Origin: Candidatus Fermentibacteraceae bacterium
Lineage (GTDB): Bacteria; Fermentibacterota; Fermentibacteria; Fermentibacterales; JCC-6
Reading direction: 5' to 3'
Length of the DNA stretch: 64,000 nt
NCBI GenBank assembly: GCA_041750285.1
Contig: JBGSZS010000018.1
Coordinates: 32,001-96,000, forward strand
The position numbers and the translations under genes are program-made. Below, in pieces: positions 47,984 through 58,011 of the stretch (its first letter is position 1; each line of letters starts with the position of its first letter). The notes beneath the pieces were generated by a model. The model saw only the letters and a list, made by a program, of their open reading frames with translations, made no database searches and was not told the DNA's origin.

Positions 47984-48014
47984 GTAATCAAGGCTCCGTG
48001 CGGAGCGGTAAACA

Positions 48015-48407
48015 CTACCTCTTGGAGAACTGGAAACGCTTGCGCGCCTTCGGTCTTCCGTACTTTTTGCGCTCGACGATCCTGGGGTCGCGCCTGAGCA
48101 TTCCCTGAGTTTTAAGGGTCTGCCTGTACTCGGGGTTGGCATCGACCAGAGCCCTGGCGATGCCCATCCTGATGGCGCCGGCCTGTCCGGTTATGCCACC
48201 GCCCCTGACATTCACGACCACGTCGAAAATGCCCATGACCCTTACGGCATGAAGGGGCTCGAGGGCGTGGTCCTTCTGGGAAAGGTCGCCGAAATACTCG
48301 AGCGGTGTCCTGTCATTGATGACGACCCGGCCCGAGCCCGGCCTGAGGTAGCACCTTGCGGTGCTGGTCTTTCTTCTTCCAACGCCTATATGCTGGTCCA
48401 TTCTCAC
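48015..48407 (-). CDS. rpsI: 30S ribosomal protein S9
   Basis: [20 protein letters not shown] end. Confidence 0.98.
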   Translation of the reverse strand: MRMDQHIGVGRRKTSTARCYLRPGSGRVVINDRTPLEYFGDLSQKDHALEPLHAVRVMGIFDVVVNVRGGGITGQAGAIRMGIARALVDANPEYRQTLKTQGMLRRDPRIVERKKYGRPKARKRFQFSKR

Positions 48408-48416
48408 CTTTCCCGG

Positions 48417-48845
48417 CTAGAACTCGAGCACCTGGGGCTGCTGAGCCTCGTGGGGGTGTTCGACGCCCGAATAGATTTTGAGTTTCTTGATCTGGGCCCT
48501 GCCAAGCCTGTTCTTGGGCATCATGCCCGCAACGGCGTGACGAAGGACCCTGTCGGGATGATTCGCCAGGAGATCCCGCATGAGAACCGACTTCTGGCCG
48601 CCCGGATAGCCGGTGTGCCTGTAGTAGTGTTTCTGTTCGAGCTTGTTGCCCGATACGTGAAGCTTGTCCGCGTTCACGACCACGACAAAGTCGCCGGTGT
48701 CGATGTGCGGTGTGTAGACCGGCTTGTTCTTGCCCTGGAGAAGCATGGCAAGCTTGGTGGAAAGCCGGCCGAGGGTGAGGCCGTCGGCGTTCACCAGCCA
48801 CCAGTTGCGCTGTATCTCCCCGGCCCTGGCCGAATAGGTCTTCAA
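48417..48845 (-). CDS. rplM: 50S ribosomal protein L13
   Basis: GKNKPVYTPH, HTGYPGG, HPHEAQQP; TTG start with GGAGG RBS. Confidence 0.97.
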   Translation of the reverse strand: MKTYSARAGEIQRNWWLVNADGLTLGRLSTKLAMLLQGKNKPVYTPHIDTGDFVVVVNADKLHVSGNKLEQKHYYRHTGYPGGQKSVLMRDLLANHPDRVLRHAVAGMMPKNRLGRAQIKKLKIYSGVEHPHEAQQPQVLEF

Positions 48846-48951
48846 GGTTCTACCTCCGAAAAGGGCTGTTTCTCTATGGTAACAACTAATGCAAAACAAC
48901 AACATGCCCTCACCCGTAGTGGGCTTGCACAGTTCAGGTGAAGGGACGGCT

Positions 48952-48980
48952 AATCTATTCCGACCCGCCGGGAAAGTCAA
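48952..48980 (-). promoter_or_regulatory. promoter TTGACT-N17-TAGATT for rplM operon
   Basis: Consensus-like boxes with 17-nt spacer. Confidence 0.6.
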
Positions 48981-49482
48981 GTTCACAAAGGGCTTGGGGA
49001 AGCGTTTCGGGGGTGCACGCCGTTCCCCCGCCCAGAACGATGAGCTCCCACGGCACCGGTTCGACCCTTGCGCAAACCACCAGAAGCCTTGCGCCCAGGA
49101 CCGCCGCGGCCACCCCCTTGCCTGCCAGGGCCAATCCCCGCAGCCGGTGGGGCACCCGTGTTGAAAAACCCTGGGGCATCACGAACACGCCTGCCCTTGC
49201 GAAGGGAACGAACAGCTGAACACCTGGCCATGGTTCGAGACGGCAGGGTCTGCTGAAGCCAAGTGGCCTGAGCACTTCCCAGGTCGCGCCATAGATGCGC
49301 CTGCGCCTGTTGCCGGCCAGTTCGGCTCCGGGATGGCTTTTACCGGGTGTGATCACGGGAAGGGGCACGTTCAGGGCATCGTGCATGCACCTGGGAACCC
49401 CGGGGGGCGGGGGCGGAATTGGCGCTTCAGTAAGCCTGCACCCCATGGCGGTGTAGAACCATCGTGTGTGCGGGTTTTTCAC
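48955..49482 (-). CDS. hypothetical protein
   Basis: GTGA overlap with recX stop; fills the gap to the rplM promoter. Confidence 0.45.
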   Translation of the reverse strand: MKNPHTRWFYTAMGCRLTEAPIPPPPPGVPRCMHDALNVPLPVITPGKSHPGAELAGNRRRRIYGATWEVLRPLGFSRPCRLEPWPGVQLFVPFARAGVFVMPQGFSTRVPHRLRGLALAGKGVAAAVLGARLLVVCARVEPVPWELIVLGGGTACTPETLPQALCELDFPGGSE

Positions 49483-50078
49483 AGCGCCTTCTCCAGAACG
49501 GCGGCGATGACCGCCGCCGGAAAACCCCTTCGCATGAGCCATCCAGCGGCGCGCCTTCTTGCCGTTTCACGGTCGGATATTCCGCCGTACTTCCTTTTCA
49601 CGAGCGCTGCAAGGGAAACCGTGGAATCGCCGTCAGGCGTTTCGGAGAGAACAGCGGTTATGGCGCTTTCCCCGACGCCCTTTCCGCGAAGACGTGCCTT
49701 CAGCCCCGCCCTTCCCAGCGTGTGGCTGGCGGCGAATGCCCTGGCGAAGCGGAGGTCGTCTATCAGGCCGTACTCGTGCGCCCACGCTATGCAGTCCGCG
49801 ACAACCGCGGAGAGGTAGCCCCTGTCACGAAGTTTGGCGGCGAGTTGGCCGCTGCTGCGTTCGGACAGTGCCAGGTACCGGTTCGTGTACCTTTTCGCAT
49901 CGGAAAGCTGTGCCCCCCCGGCCTCGCTGCGCAGGGCTTCAGGGTCGATGAACGCGCCGGGAACGACCCCGTTCGCATCGGCGGTTTCGCTGGGAATGAG
50001 AAGGGACTCTTCCTCGAGCCTCGCCACCACCCAGCCACGGCGGGCAGGGGTCACGGAAAGGACCTCGGACAGGTTCAT
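49479..50078 (-). CDS. recX: regulatory protein RecX
   Basis: Follows rec[22 protein letters not shown]. Confidence 0.9.
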   Translation of the reverse strand: MNLSEVLSVTPARRGWVVARLEEESLLIPSETADANGVVPGAFIDPEALRSEAGGAQLSDAKRYTNRYLALSERSSGQLAAKLRDRGYLSAVVADCIAWAHEYGLIDDLRFARAFAASHTLGRAGLKARLRGKGVGESAITAVLSETPDGDSTVSLAALVKRKYGGISDRETARRRAAGWLMRRGFPAAVIAAVLEKAL

Positions 50079-51130
50079 TCCACCGGGGCTGGCGGGGGAG
50101 TGACGGAGGCCGTTATCGCCGACGGGGGAAGCCCCAGAAGTGTGCGGAGTTCGATGTCGAGCTTTCGGGTTATCTCGGGGTTTTCCTTCAGGTAGACCCT
50201 TGAATTGTCGCGGCCCTGGCCAAGTTGAAGGTCGCCCATGGAGTACCAGGTTCCACGGCGTGTAATGACCTTCTTCTCGAGGCCGAGGTCGAGAAGTTCA
50301 CCCTCGCGGGATATGCCCTCCCCATGGAGAATGTCGAACTCGCACTCCTTGAAGGGCGGGGCCATCTTGTTCTTGACGACCTTCACCCTTGTGCGGCTGC
50401 CCACAACGTCCTCACCGTTCTTGATGGACGCCACCCTGCGCACGTCGAGCCTCACGCTGGCGTAGAACTTCAGGGCACGACCCCCGCTTGTGGTTTCGGG
50501 GTTGCCGAACATGACGCCGATCTTCATGCGGATCTGGTTGATGAAGATGACGACGGTGCGCGACTTGCTCACCGCGCCCGTGAGCTTGCGGAGGGCCTGG
50601 GACATCAGCCTTGCCTGAAGCCCCACATGGCTGTCACCCATCTCGCCCTCGATCTCGGCCTTGGGAACCAGCGCGGCAACGGAATCTATGACAATGGCGT
50701 CCATGGCGTTGGAGCGAACGAGGGTTTCGGTTATCTCGAGGGCCTGCTCACCGGTCTCGGGTTGGGCCACGAGCAGGTTGTCGATGTTGAGCCCCAGCTT
50801 CTGGGCGTAGTCGGGATCGAGGGCATGCTCGGCGTCGATGAATGCCACTTCGCCGCCGGCAGCCTGGGCCTGGGCCAGCATGTGAAGGGCCAGGGTGGTC
50901 TTGCCGCTGCTTTCCGCACCGAAGACTTCGATCGCCCGCCCGCGGGGAATGCCGCCGATGCCCAGCGCCGCATCGAGCAGAATGCTGCCCGTGGGTATCA
51001 CGTCGACCTTCATGGCGGTGTTGTCTCCAAGGCGCATGATGGCGCCCTGCCCGAATTTTTTCTGAATCTGCTGGAAGGCCGCGTCGAGAGCCCTTGCCCT
51101 CTCCTGTGATGAATCCTCCTGTTTGCTCAT
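50075..51130 (-). CDS. recA: recombinase RecA
   Basis: [36 protein letters not shown]. Confidence 0.99.
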   Translation of the reverse strand: MSKQEDSSQERARALDAAFQQIQKKFGQGAIMRLGDNTAMKVDVIPTGSILLDAALGIGGIPRGRAIEVFGAESSGKTTLALHMLAQAQAAGGEVAFIDAEHALDPDYAQKLGLNIDNLLVAQPETGEQALEITETLVRSNAMDAIVIDSVAALVPKAEIEGEMGDSHVGLQARLMSQALRKLTGAVSKSRTVVIFINQIRMKIGVMFGNPETTSGGRALKFYASVRLDVRRVASIKNGEDVVGSRTRVKVVKNKMAPPFKECEFDILHGEGISREGELLDLGLEKKVITRRGTWYSMGDLQLGQGRDNSRVYLKENPEITRKLDIELRTLLGLPPSAITASVTPPPAPVE

Positions 51131-51199
51131 GGCAACACCTTTCGTTCGTTAAGGTGACCCTGTAAAGGGGACGTTCTCAAGCCACAGCCCGAAAATAGT

Positions 51200-51211
51200 A
51201 AACATGTGTTC
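51200..51211. promoter_or_regulatory. LexA (Cheo-type) operator GAACACATGTTT upstream of recA
   Basis: Matches GAAC-RNRY-GTTY on the minus strand about 70 nt before recA. Confidence 0.7.
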
Positions 51212-51706
51212 TCATGGCAAGCCCTCCGCAACCCATTCTGAAACCACGCTGTAAACAGGCCCGCGGGGTGTGAGGGTGCTTTCGAAAAGGGTCATCCCGT
51301 CAAACATGCCAGCGATGCCGGGGGGAAGCGGGGGCAGGATGGGCGGATGGCCACCGGAAAGCCTTGCAACGGTTATGTGGGGCAAGAAAGACCGGTTGCC
51401 GGCGGCTTTGGCCAGCCCGCAGACACCGGGACTGAAACTGCCCCCCACCCAGACAGCCCTGCCGTTGAAGCAGCCCGTGCCCGTCAGCGTGAATTCGAGG
51501 GGAAGGCCGCTGCACGAAGCCCATGCGTCTTCAAGGATACTGCGCGCATCTTCCTGCCGGAACTCACCGAAGAACCTGATCGTGAGATGTATGTTCTCCC
51601 GGCGTACACGGCGTGTCCCGGGACGATCGGCGAGAACCTTCGGATACCATGCCTCTATCGCATCGAGGGCTTTTTGGGGCAGCAGCAGCGCGGAAAACAA
51701 CCTCAC
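51212..51706 (-). CDS. thpR: RNA 2',3'-cyclic phosphodiesterase
   Basis: Two HxT motifs (HLTI, HITV); GTGA overlap start. Confidence 0.88.
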   Translation of the reverse strand: MRLFSALLLPQKALDAIEAWYPKVLADRPGTRRVRRENIHLTIRFFGEFRQEDARSILEDAWASCSGLPLEFTLTGTGCFNGRAVWVGGSFSPGVCGLAKAAGNRSFLPHITVARLSGGHPPILPPLPPGIAGMFDGMTLFESTLTPRGPVYSVVSEWVAEGLP

Positions 51707-52920
51707 CGGTCTTCCCTGACGAGTTGAAGCAGCACGCCCAGGGCACATGATGCCGCCGCAAGCCTCACAGTATCGCGTGTGCCGCCGAACCGCCAGGACA
51801 CTGACGTCGTACGGGGTCCGCAGCAGACCGCTATCCACACTGTGCCCACCGGCTTGTCGGGCGTGCCCCCCGACGGGCCGGCTATCCCCGTGACCGACAC
51901 TCCGCAGCTGGAACCGAAGGCATCGCGGACACCAAGGGCCATTGCCAGTGCGACCTCGCTGCTGACCGCTCCCCGGGAGCTGATGAGCTGCTCCGGAACA
52001 CCTGTAAGGCGTGTCTTTGATTCGTTGGAGTAAACAGAGACCCCCCCGGCGAACCACTCGGAGGCTCCCGGAATCCGTGTCAGCGCGGCGGAGACAAGAC
52101 CTCCGGTGCAGGACTCGGCCGTTGCCGCCACAAGCCCCCTGGACTTGAGCTCGGTCCCCAGAACCTCTTCGAGTGACCGGTCACGCTCAAGCGAATAGAC
52201 CCTGGGTCCGAGAAGCGAGACAACCGCATCCCTGAAACCGGGGGCTCCCGGACCGTCGAAGCCGAGGTCGACCCTGCCCGGGGAGGGAAGGTATGCCGGT
52301 GAAAGGCCGAATCTGTCCTGAACCGGTCTCAAGGTGTTGAAAAGGTCGCCCTCCCTGATTCCCCAGGTTCGCACGTGGAAACCCGAGCCGCGTGTTTCCA
52401 CGATCCCGGCAACGGACAGGCAGGCCTGAAACAACTCCCGGACTTCGTGGGGAACTCCCGGAAGCGAGACGACAATTCCGCCGAGTGCGGGAAGCACAAC
52501 CCCGGGGGCAACACCTGCAGGGTTCCTGACGGGGATCGAGCCCTCGGGCAGCACGGCCTGTTTCAGGGCTCCTTCGGGAACCTTCTCACCGGCGTTGCGG
52601 TAACGGGCGTCGATCATCGCAGCGGCTGCCGGGCAATCGCGAAGTGGAACGCCGAGAGCACGCGCGACTCCCTCGAGCGTTATGTCGTCGGAGGTGGGAC
52701 CCAGACCGCCCGTGGTGACAAGCAGGGTTCCGGGAAGGAGCATTTCACGAACCGCTGCGGCTATCTCATCGGGATCGTCACGGACGACCCTGGCTTCGTT
52801 CAGGGGAAGGCCCCGCCCATTCAGCACTCCCCCAAGGAAGTGGAGGTTCACGTCACGCGTGCGGCCCGAAAGGAGTTCGTTCCCAACCGCGAGAAGCACC
52901 GCCCGAAGAGGCCTCACCAT
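51703..52920 (-). CDS. cinA: CinA competence/damage protein (NMN deamidase)
   Basis: GNELLSG, TGGLGPTSDD, AESCTGG, TGIAGPSGG. Confidence 0.95.
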   Translation of the reverse strand: MVRPLRAVLLAVGNELLSGRTRDVNLHFLGGVLNGRGLPLNEARVVRDDPDEIAAAVREMLLPGTLLVTTGGLGPTSDDITLEGVARALGVPLRDCPAAAAMIDARYRNAGEKVPEGALKQAVLPEGSIPVRNPAGVAPGVVLPALGGIVVSLPGVPHEVRELFQACLSVAGIVETRGSGFHVRTWGIREGDLFNTLRPVQDRFGLSPAYLPSPGRVDLGFDGPGAPGFRDAVVSLLGPRVYSLERDRSLEEVLGTELKSRGLVAATAESCTGGLVSAALTRIPGASEWFAGGVSVYSNESKTRLTGVPEQLISSRGAVSSEVALAMALGVRDAFGSSCGVSVTGIAGPSGGTPDKPVGTVWIAVCCGPRTTSVSWRFGGTRDTVRLAAASCALGVLLQLVREDR

Positions 52921-53369
52921 GGAAGGAGGGTTCCCGCCCCGAAAAGGACCGCCGCAGCGATCAGACCGGCTGCGATGTCATCGGCCAGGATGCCGAAGGG
53001 TGAGTCCATCCTGTCCAGAAGTGAAACCGGCCATGGCTTTGCGATGTCCATCACCCTGAAGAGCACCAGGGCGGCCGCGATACCGTAAAGGCCCCATCCC
53101 GCGGGTGAAGCCAGGCATGCAACCCAGCACCCCGCGAACTCGTCGATGTTCACCCTGGAGGGGTCTTTCCCCCAAAGACGCCTGCCGCTGTGGCAGCCTG
53201 TCCAGGCCAGCGCGATTATCGGGAGAACGAGCAGGGTACGGGCGGGACCGGCCAGCGCGAAGACCAGGGCGGATAGAATGCTTCCCACGGTGCCGGGGGC
53301 CACGGGGGAAAAACCCGAGCCAAGGCATGTGGCCAGGGCTGCCCCGGCGAAGTCCCTGAAGCCTTTCAC
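52914..53369 (-). CDS. pgpA: phosphatidylglycerophosphatase A
   Basis: APGTVGS, IDEFAG, FRVMDIAKP, DDIAAG. Confidence 0.92.
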   Translation of the reverse strand: MKGFRDFAGAALATCLGSGFSPVAPGTVGSILSALVFALAGPARTLLVLPIIALAWTGCHSGRRLWGKDPSRVNIDEFAGCWVACLASPAGWGLYGIAAALVLFRVMDIAKPWPVSLLDRMDSPFGILADDIAAGLIAAAVLFGAGTLLPW

Positions 53370-53935
53370 AGCCCCAGTCTTCCCACTATGCGCCGGTTGA
53401 GCCAGAGGTAGTGGAGCCCTGAAGCAAGGGTGATGACCACGGACAGGACGAGCACCCAGTAGGCGGCATTCATCGTGCTTCGGGAGAAGGCCGTGCCCCT
53501 GGTCTCCATCACCACGGCAAGAAGGTAGAACAGAACGACCCCCATCTGAAGCACGGCCTTGAGCTTCCCGATGCGGGACGGCAGTATCAGCACGCCGGCG
53601 TACGCCGCGATGGACCTGAGGCCCGTGACCAGAAGCTCTCTCCCCACGACGGCGTACACGGCCCAAACCGGAACAAGGGCAAGCTGAGCCAGCCCGATGA
53701 AGGCAAGGCTCACAAGAAGCTTGTCGGCCAGAGGATCGAGAAATTTGCCGAGGTTGGAGACCCAGCCGTGCCTGCGTGCAAGATGGCCGTCGACGAAGTC
53801 GGTAAGGCTCGCCGCAAGGAACACCACGAAGGCCGCATACCGGCAGCCCGGGCTGCCGGAAAGAAGAAGCCCCATGAAAACGGGGGCCATGATCATTCGT
53901 GCGACTGTGAGCCTGTTGGGCCAGTTCATGCCCAT
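53366..53935 (-). CDS. pgsA: CDP-diacylglycerol--glycerol-3-phosphate 3-phosphatidyltransferase
   Basis: PNRLT, DFVDGHLAR, GKFLDPLADK. Confidence 0.93.
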   Translation of the reverse strand: MGMNWPNRLTVARMIMAPVFMGLLLSGSPGCRYAAFVVFLAASLTDFVDGHLARRHGWVSNLGKFLDPLADKLLVSLAFIGLAQLALVPVWAVYAVVGRELLVTGLRSIAAYAGVLILPSRIGKLKAVLQMGVVLFYLLAVVMETRGTAFSRSTMNAAYWVLVLSVVITLASGLHYLWLNRRIVGRLGL

Positions 53936-54522
53936 CAGACCCGGCTTCTCCCCTTCAGCGCCTGGGTGAGGGTGAGGGCGTCGGCGTACTCGACAAGGGC
54001 TCCGGGGGGAAGCCCCCGTGCAAGGCGTGTCACCGGAACCGAAAGTCCTTCGAGGGCGCGCGCGATGTAGGCGCAGGTGGCTTCACCCTCGGTCGTGGAG
54101 TCGAGCGCCAGGATCACCTCCTGGGCTCCGGTCGAACCGACCCTTTCAAGAAGCGCGGGGATGCCCAGTTCCCGTGGTCCGATGCCGTCGAGTGGAGCGA
54201 GGCTTCCATGAAGGACGAAATAGGTTCCCCTGAAAAGACCCGTGTCCTCGATGGAACGCTGGTCGGCCGGGGTGTGGACCACACAGATCGAACTGGCCCT
54301 GGCGGTGTTCCGGCAGATCTCACAGGCCTCTTCAAGTGTCAGGTTTCTGCAGAAAGGGCATTCGTGGACATTCCGGGCAGTATCGGATAGCACAGATGCG
54401 AGCTCTTCGGAAAGCTCCCTGTTGTCAACCAGGGAAAAGGCCAGTCTGAGGGCCGTTTTCCTGCCTATCCCGGGGAGCTTCGAAAGGGCGTCGGACAGGC
54501 GGTCGACGGGGGAAGCGCTCAA
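53935..54522 (-). CDS. recR: recombination mediator RecR
   Basis: LPGIGRKTA, C4 zinc finger, EGEAT Toprim. Confidence 0.96.
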   Translation of the reverse strand: MSASPVDRLSDALSKLPGIGRKTALRLAFSLVDNRELSEELASVLSDTARNVHECPFCRNLTLEEACEICRNTARASSICVVHTPADQRSIEDTGLFRGTYFVLHGSLAPLDGIGPRELGIPALLERVGSTGAQEVILALDSTTEGEATCAYIARALEGLSVPVTRLARGLPPGALVEYADALTLTQALKGRSRV

Positions 54523-54833
54523 AAAAGGTCCCCCAGACCCGGGGGGATGCCCAGCCCCTGCATCTTCTCGCGGGCCAGCTCCCGGCTCCTCCCGACGGCG
54601 TCCTGCACCGCGGAAAGCACAAGGTCTTCCAGCATCTCCACATCGGAGGGGTCCACGGCATCAGGCGAGATGCGAATGCCCTTCAGCTCGCCCTGCCCGT
54701 TAACGACCGCCGTGACCATGCCGCCGCCGGATGTGCCCTCAACCGTTGCGGCCGCCAACTCCTCCTGTGCCTTCATCATTCCTGACTGCATCTTCTGGGC
54801 CTGGGCCATCATGTCCCGCATCTTACGGTTCAC
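54519..54833 (-). CDS. ybaB: YbaB/EbfC nucleoid-associated protein
   Basis: GGGMV, EMLEDLV; between dnaX and recR. Confidence 0.93.
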   Translation of the reverse strand: MNRKMRDMMAQAQKMQSGMMKAQEELAAATVEGTSGGGMVTAVVNGQGELKGIRISPDAVDPSDVEMLEDLVLSAVQDAVGRSRELAREKMQGLGIPPGLGDLF

Positions 54834-56181
54834 CGCGAACTCCTTCTCCACCCGGCTCGGGAATGAGGTCGAACAACCCTGCTATCTCCTTTATCTCTTC
54901 GTTTTCCCTGACCCGCGCGGTTTCTTCGGAGCCTCCTGCAGGGAGCGCGGGGTCTGCCTTGACCGGTTCGGGATCGGGAGGACCGTCGGACGGTGCAACC
55001 GCCGTTCCGACCTCGAGAGGCGCTGCCTCACCGCATGGAACGGCGGCCGTCGAGGGTCCTGCCGTCACCTTGGGGAGGTGGCTGAGATCGAACACGCTGG
55101 AAAGCCTTGAGGCGGTAAGCAGGGCGCCTTCGATCGTTATGCGTGGATCGGCACCCTCCCTGATCTGCGCCGATGCGGCAGCCATGATCCTCATCACGTT
55201 GAGAACGGCGATGTCCGGCACACCGGCAACGGATGACCTCACAAGCTCCATCTCGCCCTCGGACAGGTCGACGATCCCCTTTTCCGCCCCTGTGGCAGCG
55301 AGCATCATGTTCCTCAGGAAGAGGGAAAAGGCCTCGTTGAACTCCTCGATGCTGTAGCCCCTGAGTGAAGCCTCTTCCAGAAGATCGAGGGCGGTCGAGG
55401 GGCTGGAGGTGAGAACCGCCCTGGCGACCCCCGCGAGAAGGTCGGACTCGACCAGACCGAGCAGCCTGGAAACGGTGTCCGAGGTGATGTCGTTTCCCGC
55501 GAAGCTCACGAGCTGGTCCATGAGTGAAAGGGCGTCCCTCATGCTTCCGCCCGATGCCCTGCAGACAAGGCCAAGTGCGTCCCTGCTTACCGATATGCCC
55601 TCGCGCGCCGCTTCGGTTGCAATGTAGTCGGCCATCACGCGGAAGGGGATACGTCGGAAATCGAACCTCTGGCAACGGCTCAGGATGGTGGCCGGAACCT
55701 TCCGGGGTTCGGTGGTGGCGAATATGAAAACGACCTTTTCCGGCGGTTCTTCAAGGGTCTTCAGAAGGGCGTTGAAGGCTTCCTTCGTGAGCATGTGGAC
55801 TTCGTCTATGATGTAGACCTTGTAGCCCCCCCCGGCTGCTGCGTACCTGGCTTTTTCACGAAGGTCCCGGATCTCGTCGATGCCTCGGTTGCTTGCTCCG
55901 TCGATCTCCAGCACGTCAAGGTGGGAGCCGGCGGTTATCTGGAGGCATGCCGGGCAGACAAGGCAGGGATCGGGCGTGGGACCCTTTTCGCAGTTGAGGC
56001 CCTTGGCAAGGATTCGTGCGGTCGTTGTCTTGCCCACGCCCCGGGGGCCAGAGAAAAGGTATGCGTGACCTGCCCTGCCGGAGGCGATGGCATTCTGGAG
56101 GGTCACCGTTATGTGCTCCTGGGCGGCCACTTCGGTAAATGTCTGGGGGCGCCACTTCCTGGCGAAGACAAGGTAGCTCAT
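54823..56181 (-). CDS. dnaX: DNA polymerase III gamma/tau
   Basis: ARKWRP, GPRGVGKTT, IDEVHML, SRCQ; start ATG 56181. Confidence 0.97.
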   Translation of the reverse strand: MSYLVFARKWRPQTFTEVAAQEHITVTLQNAIASGRAGHAYLFSGPRGVGKTTTARILAKGLNCEKGPTPDPCLVCPACLQITAGSHLDVLEIDGASNRGIDEIRDLREKARYAAAGGGYKVYIIDEVHMLTKEAFNALLKTLEEPPEKVVFIFATTEPRKVPATILSRCQRFDFRRIPFRVMADYIATEAAREGISVSRDALGLVCRASGGSMRDALSLMDQLVSFAGNDITSDTVSRLLGLVESDLLAGVARAVLTSSPSTALDLLEEASLRGYSIEEFNEAFSLFLRNMMLAATGAEKGIVDLSEGEMELVRSSVAGVPDIAVLNVMRIMAAASAQIREGADPRITIEGALLTASRLSSVFDLSHLPKVTAGPSTAAVPCGEAAPLEVGTAVAPSDGPPDPEPVKADPALPAGGSEETARVRENEEIKEIAGLFDLIPEPGGEGVRGEP

Positions 56182-56231
56182 GCGGCTCTCCCTTCGGGGG
56201 AAGGTGAAGAGGGACTCACGCGGGAACATGG

Positions 56232-56357
56232 AACACCCGGGCGGAAACGGGGTGGCCGCGTCACCCGAAGGACACCGCTTACGGCTGCTGCCTTCCGGCC
56301 CTGACCGGGTTCGCGGGCTTCCGCCGCGCGGGCCCCGCTTCCGTATGCCCGGGTGCC
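56232..56357 (-). ncRNA. ffs: signal recognition particle RNA
   Basis: TCAGGGCCGGAAGGCAGCAGC domain IV motif in a long hairpin upstream of dnaX. Confidence 0.92.
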
Positions 56358-56416
56358 GCCGCCGACTCGTTGGAACCGGCAGCACCGGAGAATATATGGA
56401 AAAAGGGCAAAACCGG

Positions 56417-57856
56417 TCAGGGAATCACAAGGAGCCGGTAACAGGAGCTGTTCCTCACGGATGGGATCCCGGGGATGGAATCACCCAAAAAGCCCCCTGG
56501 CAATGCCTGGTTTTCCCTGTTCCCGTTTATGAACACGGGGAAGTTGCGGATCCACTGAGCCCCGCCCGCGACGCTGCTCGTGGTTTCCACGACCACGCCA
56601 ATGCCCGAGGCCTGAGCCGCCGGAAGGCTCCTCAGCCAGGCAGCCGCATCGGCAACCCCGGCCTCTCTGACCGTTACGATCGTGGAGAGGGGGATGACCG
56701 AAAGCCCGGGGTTCCTGGCCCTCAGGACCTCGGCCAGAAACACAGCGGCGGTGTCGCCCGCGAGGGGATAGATGCCGGGTGCGAAATTCTCCCACTGCAG
56801 GTCGGGGGAGCGGTTGACCGCCAGGGCGAAAGTGTCTGGGGAAAATGCCGTCGAGTCACCGCCGGCCAGAACGGCGCCAAGGGGAAGGTCTGCTGAGATG
56901 TCGGGCGCAGTGTTCGTGGAGTCGGCAACCATGTCCCTGATGCGGGCGTAACTCCAGAAGCGTGAAGAGGATGAATCCTGCTGCAACGGCATCACGACCT
57001 CGGACGGGGGATCGGGGGTTGAGAACAGGTTGTCCTCCCCTCCTTCCGGAGCCTTGCGCGAATCGAACACCCCCGCGGCGAGCAGGACCCCAAGTACAAC
57101 CATTATGGAAACCGCCACGAAGGGAAGGACAGGAATGCGCGCTCCGCCACCGGAATGGCAGCTCGCTGCTGCCACCGCTCCGCCCTGCCTTCTGTAGGCA
57201 ACCCGGCTCTCCCTGATGAGAGTGGCCAGCCAGCCCTCCATGTTCTTCCCGGTGCCCCTCTTGAGCGCGCCTTCCCGAAGGTGCATCCATACGCCGGGTG
57301 TCGCGGCCAGCACCACTGCACCCGGATTGATACGGGTGTGACCCGTGACGATGTGGTTCCCCTCACCGCCCAGCCAGTGTGAAAGGTCACGTATGCGGCG
57401 GGAGTATTCGGGGTGGTCCCTCCCCAAGCCGGACGATTCGGCTTCGGAGCAATCTGTGGCCAGGATGGAGACGGTGTCTTCATCGAATTTGAGTATCCGG
57501 CAGGCGCCGGTCGAGGCGAACCATGCGTGGGTGCCGCAGAACGCAACTGCGGCCACGCTGCAGCCTCCGTGACCGTTCCTGCGGATGATGTCGGCCGCTT
57601 CCCGGAGAGCATCTCCCAGGGCTTCCTCGATGCCGTAGGCAACTCCCTCGGCGAAGACGTCGCGAACCGTGTTTACTGCGATCTCGGCGGAGGGGTCGTC
57701 ATCGGGGTTGAGCCCCTCGGCGACAACGACAACGCCCGCGTAGGGGAATTCGCCCAGATAGCCGTCGGAACACACCCTGCGCTGAAGCCTGCTGCGTCCC
57801 GGTTGAGACTTCCATGCTCCCACGCAACCTGGTTGTGCTGACTTGCCTCCGCTCAT
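56417..57856 (-). CDS. degenerate PP2C-like domain + TM + extracytoplasmic domain
   Basis: VVVAEG, STGACR, LAATPGV at positions of PP2C ADG/GDSR/SDG motifs; central TM. Confidence 0.55.
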   Translation of the reverse strand: MSGGKSAQPGCVGAWKSQPGRSRLQRRVCSDGYLGEFPYAGVVVVAEGLNPDDDPSAEIAVNTVRDVFAEGVAYGIEEALGDALREAADIIRRNGHGGCSVAAVAFCGTHAWFASTGACRILKFDEDTVSILATDCSEAESSGLGRDHPEYSRRIRDLSHWLGGEGNHIVTGHTRINPGAVVLAATPGVWMHLREGALKRGTGKNMEGWLATLIRESRVAYRRQGGAVAAASCHSGGGARIPVLPFVAVSIMVVLGVLLAAGVFDSRKAPEGGEDNLFSTPDPPSEVVMPLQQDSSSSRFWSYARIRDMVADSTNTAPDISADLPLGAVLAGGDSTAFSPDTFALAVNRSPDLQWENFAPGIYPLAGDTAAVFLAEVLRARNPGLSVIPLSTIVTVREAGVADAAAWLRSLPAAQASGIGVVVETTSSVAGGAQWIRNFPVFINGNRENQALPGGFLGDSIPGIPSVRNSSCYRLLVIP

Positions 57857-57886
57857 GCAAACCCCGGTTCACTTGAGGATCAGAAC

Positions 57887-57962
57887 TGGTGGAGATGAGC
57901 GGGATCGAACCGCCGGCCTCTGCCTTGCGAAGGCAGCGCTCTACCAACTGAGCTACATCCCC
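57887..57962 (-). tRNA. tRNA-Ala(CGC)
   Basis: 76-nt cloverleaf, anticodon CGC, encoded CCA. Confidence 0.96.
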
Positions 57963-58011
57963 ACACCAGTACAACACCCGCGGCCAGCCGCGGAAATTCC
58001 TGGCCCGCCGG

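Noticed and set aside
54823..56181. Programmed frameshift in dnaX
   Set aside because: No AAAAAAG-type slippery site or poly-A run noticed; single continuous ORF
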